64,000 nucleotides of DNA from Octopus vulgaris (taxonomy: Eukaryota). A model generated the notes under the pieces. It saw only the letters and a program-made list of their open reading frames with translations. It was not told where the DNA came from and searched no databases. The position numbers and the translations under genes were made by a program. The stretch's first letter is position 1. Every line of letters begins with the position of its first letter. Of the stretch, positions 55,960-64,000 are shown one piece after another. The stretch spans positions 39,556,001-39,620,000 of the forward strand of contig OX597831.1 in NCBI GenBank assembly GCA_951406725.2. Reading direction: 5' to 3'.

Positions 55960-56244
55960 AAAAAAGATTGTTGCTCAGCAGCTGCTCTTTCGACAACATC
56001 ATGTTGGCTGTTTGTGGCGCGCACAACATCTGCGTACCTCCGCTTTGGGGCAGGTGGTGCGTAGTCCATCCTTTTCTTTGTGTTGATGGTTTGTCCATCT
56101 GCCTCGTGTCTCTGTGGCAGGGTCCCCGATGTGCAAAGCGGCAGCCTGCACCTTCCTTTCCGTGCCAGCAGGAACCTCTCAGGTAGAACATACACACCCG
56201 TGTGCGCTGTTTGGTTCCATCCTTTGCGGTTCCACTTCTACTCC
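55803..56244 (-). pseudogene. ORF1 C-terminal remnant with CCCH zinc finger
   Basis: CMFYLRGSCWHGKEGAGCRFAH (56129-56194) and, in another frame, RRYADVV..QSFL and a P/Q/T-rich end. Confidence 0.65.
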
Positions 56245-56512
56245 TGCGGTTCCACTTCTACTCCTATATATATATATATATATACATGTATATTTATAGC
56301 TGTATATGTATACATGTATATTATACATGTACATGTATACATGTATATGTATAGTTGTATTTCTATAGTTATACATGTATGTCTAGATGTATATATAGAT
56401 GTACATGTAATATGTACACATATATATATACACATATATACATGCATACATATATACACCCATACACACATACACACACACAACGATCCACCTCACCCCT
56501 ACACACATACAT

Positions 56513-56825
56513 AGGTGCAGGTGTGGCTGTGTGGTAACAAACTTGGTTCCAAAACACATGGTCCTCAGTTCAGTCCCACTGTGTGGTAACTTGGCATGTG
56601 TCTTCTGCTATAGCCTCAGACCGACCAAAGCCTTGTCAGTGGATTTTGTTGATAGAAACTGAAAGAAATCAATTGTATGTATATGTATGAATATATGTAA
56701 GTCTATGTGTGTGTCTTTGTGTTTCTCCCTCATCACTGCTTCACAACTGGTGTTCGTTTATTTACATCCCCATAACTTACTGGTTTCACAAGAAGAAACT
56801 GATAGAATAAGTACCAGGCTTATCA
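56513..56825 (+). mobile_element. Diverged SINE family C
   Basis: GGTGCAGGTGTGGCTGTGTGG head, GATAGAATAAGTACC. Confidence 0.8.
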
Positions 56826-56899
56826 AAATATAAAAAAGCACTATGCAGTGTCTCATATTTTTGTTTGCCCACTCAGTTGTATCTATCAATTTATCTTTG

Positions 56900-57100
<201 letters not shown>

Positions 57101-57167
57101 ATTTCGTGGACAGGAACTGAAACAAATCAATCGTATATATATGTATGTATATATGTAAGTGTATGTG

Positions 57168-57908
57168 TTTTGGTTTTGGCAACATAAATGACAATGGTCA
57201 GAAACTACTTGAATATTGCACATACCATAACCTGTGCATCACCAACACATTCTTTCCCAACAAGACATCCCACAAGGCATCTTGGAGACATCCAAGATCT
57301 CACCACTGGCATCAGCTGGATCTCATCATTACTCGAAGATCTCTTCTGAATTCTGTTCAACTGACCCGTAGTTACCACAGCGTGGATTGTGACACAGATC
57401 ATTCACTAATAAGAAGCAGAGTGAGGATTCTGCCTAAAAAAGTCCATCACTCCAAAAAAATGGGCCGACCACGCATTAACACTGCCAAAACCTGTTTCTA
57501 TCAAATTTGCCCTAAGTAGCTGCCCAACCTCTTCTGTGGAATTATATCAGGGAAGCTTTGTATACCACATCAATAGATACTTTCGGCATGAGAGAAAGGC
57601 AAAACCCAGGGTGGTTCAATGCTGGGCTCTCAGAGCTGGAAACAGTTATCGAAACAATGCGTGCAGCTCTGATACAATACAAGAGTGATTCTTCAACAAA
57701 GACGTCAACAAGATAGTATGACATTACAACCAGCCAGGCAAAGTCTTCGCTACATTTGTGGCACCTGCCAGAGGGAGTGTTTGTCCAGGATAGGACGACA
57801 CAGCCACAGCAGGAGATGTATTAGGACATGAAATATAAAAGCCGGACTAGATTATTTTATGCGCAACTCCATAGTCTCCCGAGACAAAAAGGATGCCAAC
57901 AACAACAT
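57168..57908 (+). mobile_element. Internally deleted RTE element: endonuclease end + linker joined to the 3' terminus, (CAA)n tail
   Basis: [33 protein letters not shown]; then RECLSRIGRHSH and GGATGCCAACAACAAC; no RT. Confidence 0.85.
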
Positions 57909-58221
57909 TAAGATGCCCACCTCCAATAGGGGCCTTAACTCTCACATTTTAGAGCTCCGTGACCTTCATTTTTCAGGAGCAAAATCTTTTTAACAGGTTC
58001 AATAAGACTGGAATTTTAGAATATGCGCATAAAAATCAGTAGTATGGGATAAATGTGGCACGATTACAATTTTTTAGGGTGTGTAAAGAGGGAAATAACC
58101 CTCATCTGCAATTTTGATAAAAAGTCGAAACATAGATATTCCAGTCCATTACAGAAAATATAACAGAAAAGTCTAATTCTTCAAGTGAATGTAACCGGGC
58201 AACGCCGGGTATCTCTGCTAG

Positions 58222-58222
58222 T

Positions 58223-58302
<80 letters not shown>

Positions 58303-58304
58303 GC

Positions 58305-58342
<38 letters not shown>

Positions 58343-58406
58343 GTACATATACATATAAATACATATATATAAATACATATATATATATATATGTACATAT
58401 ATATAC

Positions 58407-58471
<65 letters not shown>

Positions 58472-58680
58472 TATATACATATATATGCATATCTATATAC
58501 ATATATACCTATATATATATACATATATATATACATATATATATACATATATATATACATATATATATACACACATATATATATATACATATATATGCAC
58601 ATATATATATATACATATATATATATATATTATATTAAATTATATTTATTTATATACATGTGTTGGTGTCTGTGTGTATA

Positions 58681-58725
<45 letters not shown>

Positions 58726-58766
58726 ATGTATATATATATATATATATATGCATGTATGCATGTATG

Positions 58767-58833
<67 letters not shown>

Positions 58834-59130
58834 TAAATCGATAGATAAATAGACAGACAGATAGATAGATAGATAGATAGATACAGAGAGAGAGAGAGAG
58901 ATACATGATATATATGCATACACATACACATGTATGTATGTATGTATGTATGTATGTATGTATGCATGCATGCATGTATGTATGTATGTATGTATGTATG
59001 TATGTGTGTATGTATGTATGTATGTATGTATGTATGTATGTATGTATGTATGTATGTATGTATGTATGTATGTGTGTGTGTATGTATGTATGTATGTATG
59101 TATGTATGTATGTATGTATGTATGTATGTG
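58222..59130. repeat. (TA)/(GATA)/(TATG) compound microsatellite
   Basis: Direct reading. Confidence 0.95.
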
Positions 59131-59476
59131 CGTGCGTACGTTTTTAGAAGGCGGTCTATTGGCAGACTCGTTACCGCTTCGGGCAAAATACATTTGCGGT
59201 GTTACGCTCCGGCTTTCTGCGCCTTGAGCTCAAGCTTCGCCGAGGTCAGCTTTGCTTTTCAATCTTTTCGTGGGGTCGATATGTAGAATACCAGTCAAAT
59301 GCTGAAATCGATTCGTCTTGTTCTATAGAAATGGGTTGTGCTCGGGCTTGGATCCTAGTGGGGGTGGGCTTTGCTAAGTTTTAAAAATTCTCAAGATATG
59401 CCATATGTTACGACGATGCCCCCCATCAAATGCTTCGGGATTTGAGAGTCCCGCCACGACAATTTCTATCTATCTA

Positions 59477-59516
<40 letters not shown>

Positions 59517-59605
59517 TCTGTCTGTCTGTCTATATATATAATTTTTACGTCCATTCTTCTTGGTCATATATTCCCATCTTCAAAGCGTCGTTATATATCT
59601 ATTCA

Positions 59606-59664
<59 letters not shown>

Positions 59665-60574
59665 TTATGTACTTATTTTTCTCTATTGTGTCTATCTAAC
59701 CAGCCTTCTATCTATCTATCTATCTATCATTTCTCTTTTCTTTTGTTCCTTTTCCTTTTCTTTTTTTTTATTTTATTTTTATTTTTTTTTATTAATTTTT
59801 TTTGTTCTTTTCTTCCCTTTTACGATCCCTCTTGATCGAAAACCTACGCCACCCCCTTTTTTTTCTTTTGTTTTTTGCTTTTTTCATCCCCCAAAAAGCT
59901 CTACCTTGTAACTTGTCCCATCTGTGTGCAGCCCTGTGTGGCCAATAAAGAAACTTATCTATCTATCTATCTATCCATTTATCTATCCATTTATTTATCT
60001 ATCTATCTATTTATCTATCTATCTATTTATCCATTTATCTATCTATCTATCTATCAATCTATCTATCTATCCTTCCATATCTATTTGTTTGTCTACCTCT
60101 TTCTCTATCTATTTATCTATCTATCCATCTTTCTATTTATTTGTCCCTCTATCCATCTGTATATCTATCCCTCCATCTCTGTATCTGTCCGTCCGCCCGT
60201 CCGCCCGTCCGTCCGTCCGTCCATCCATCCATCCATCATTTCTCTTTCTCTTTCTCTTTCTCTCAGTGCGTCACTCCATCTGTCCATCCACCTATATATA
60301 TATATATATATGCATTCACAATACCTTATCCATTCATTCATCCATTGATACTGTCTGTCAATCATATTATAATAGCCATTCATACAACTCGTAGATACAT
60401 CCAAAAGCTCTCCAAAAAAAAACTCGTTTTTGCCATACAAATAATAAACAAACACAACTGAACGACAGAAGAAAGGAGAGAAAAATAGAAAATGAAACGG
60501 AAAATGATGACGACGACTACTCATGCAAAGTATATGCTCGCGCGCCGCGCCGCGCGCAACGTACATTGTCTTCC

Positions 60575-63122
<2,548 letters not shown>

Positions 63123-63239
63123 ATTCTATATATACATATATATAAACATACATACATATATATCCTTGTATACACACACACACATATATATTTACTTATA
63201 TATTTACCCTGTAGATAGATATAAAGGGAAATAGAGACA

Positions 63240-63242
63240 GGC

Positions 63243-63317
<75 letters not shown>

Positions 63318-63340
63318 GATAGATAGATAGATAGATAGAC

Positions 63341-63402
<62 letters not shown>

Positions 63403-63422
63403 GGAAATAGAGAGAGACAGGC

Positions 63423-63482
<60 letters not shown>
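63240..63482. repeat. (GATA)n
   Basis: Direct reading. Confidence 0.95.
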
Positions 63483-63483
<1 letters not shown>

Positions 63484-63643
63484 TTACATATAAATTATGA
63501 TGGATAGATTGATGTTCCGCTCCGCCCATATTTTACTCTTCCTGCCACCACCATCACCATCATCACTTATACCACCGCTACCATCATCAATACATGTCCT
63601 CATCCTCACACTCACACGTGCGCTCACTCTGCCTTACTCATAC

Positions 63644-63704
63644 CTCGGCAACACGACGATGTTAACGTTACGAAGCGACAACAAAAACTCTGGCTGTACA
63701 TCAT
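63644..63704 (-). CDS. Candidate first coding exon of a host gene (MMYSQSFCCRFVTLTSSCCR, phase 1)
   Basis: AAAAC-ATG context, non-repetitive sequence, ends at the donor-like site AG|GTATGA; no homology recognised. Confidence 0.25.
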
Positions 63705-64000
63705 GTTTTCTCCAGTCACAGACCGATTCTCGCCGAAGACAAACGGATCTTATATATAAAACGGAACCACAACTGCAAGCAAAAGCTTTAATTACCGGGG
63801 AAAATTTGTTTTGAGGAAACAAAAGCATAAAGAGGAAAACAGAAAAAGATGATCTTCTGTTTCGCATTAGATTTATTTAACGAAAGAAGAAAAATCCCAC
63901 ACACAACACATAATATAATATAATGCATACATATATATACTATAATATATATGTGTAGTATATATATGAAATAATATATATATATATGAAATAATATATA

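Larger units (their letters stand above)
52762..56264 (-). mobile_element. 5'-truncated CR1-group LINE with intact ORF2, short 3' UTR and (AATC)n tail
   Basis: ORF1 remnant, ORF2, ~70-nt 3' UTR and AATC repeats; flanked by TA-rich microsatellite. Confidence 0.93.

Overview
Repeat-saturated, AT-rich animal DNA, not prokaryotic. The mix of long TA/TACA/GATA/AAT microsatellites and tRNA-derived SINEs looks like coleoid cephalopod DNA, probably Octopus (inference). Nearly all ORF-track entries are microsatellite artefacts. The only long intact ORF is the endonuclease + reverse transcriptase ORF2 of a CR1-group LINE (52855-55959, minus). The rest is decayed mobile elements: R4/Dong-like and Hero-like RLE retrotransposon fragments, three RTE families, mariner/Tc1/hAT elements, a probable Helitron, Penelope-like repeats with minimal hammerhead-ribozyme motifs, at least four SINE families, and tandem arrays of 118, 184 and about 291 bp. 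Main leads: the intact LINE shares its 3' end, including a covarying hairpin, with a very abundant local SINE, and it lies between Helitron-like termini. Several hammerhead motifs occur, one inside a long palindrome. RLE elements partition by microsatellite type. SINE family A tails correlate with target 4-mers. One possible host exon lies near 63.7 kb. SINE family letters A-E are my own labels, and family assignments are by eye without database searches.
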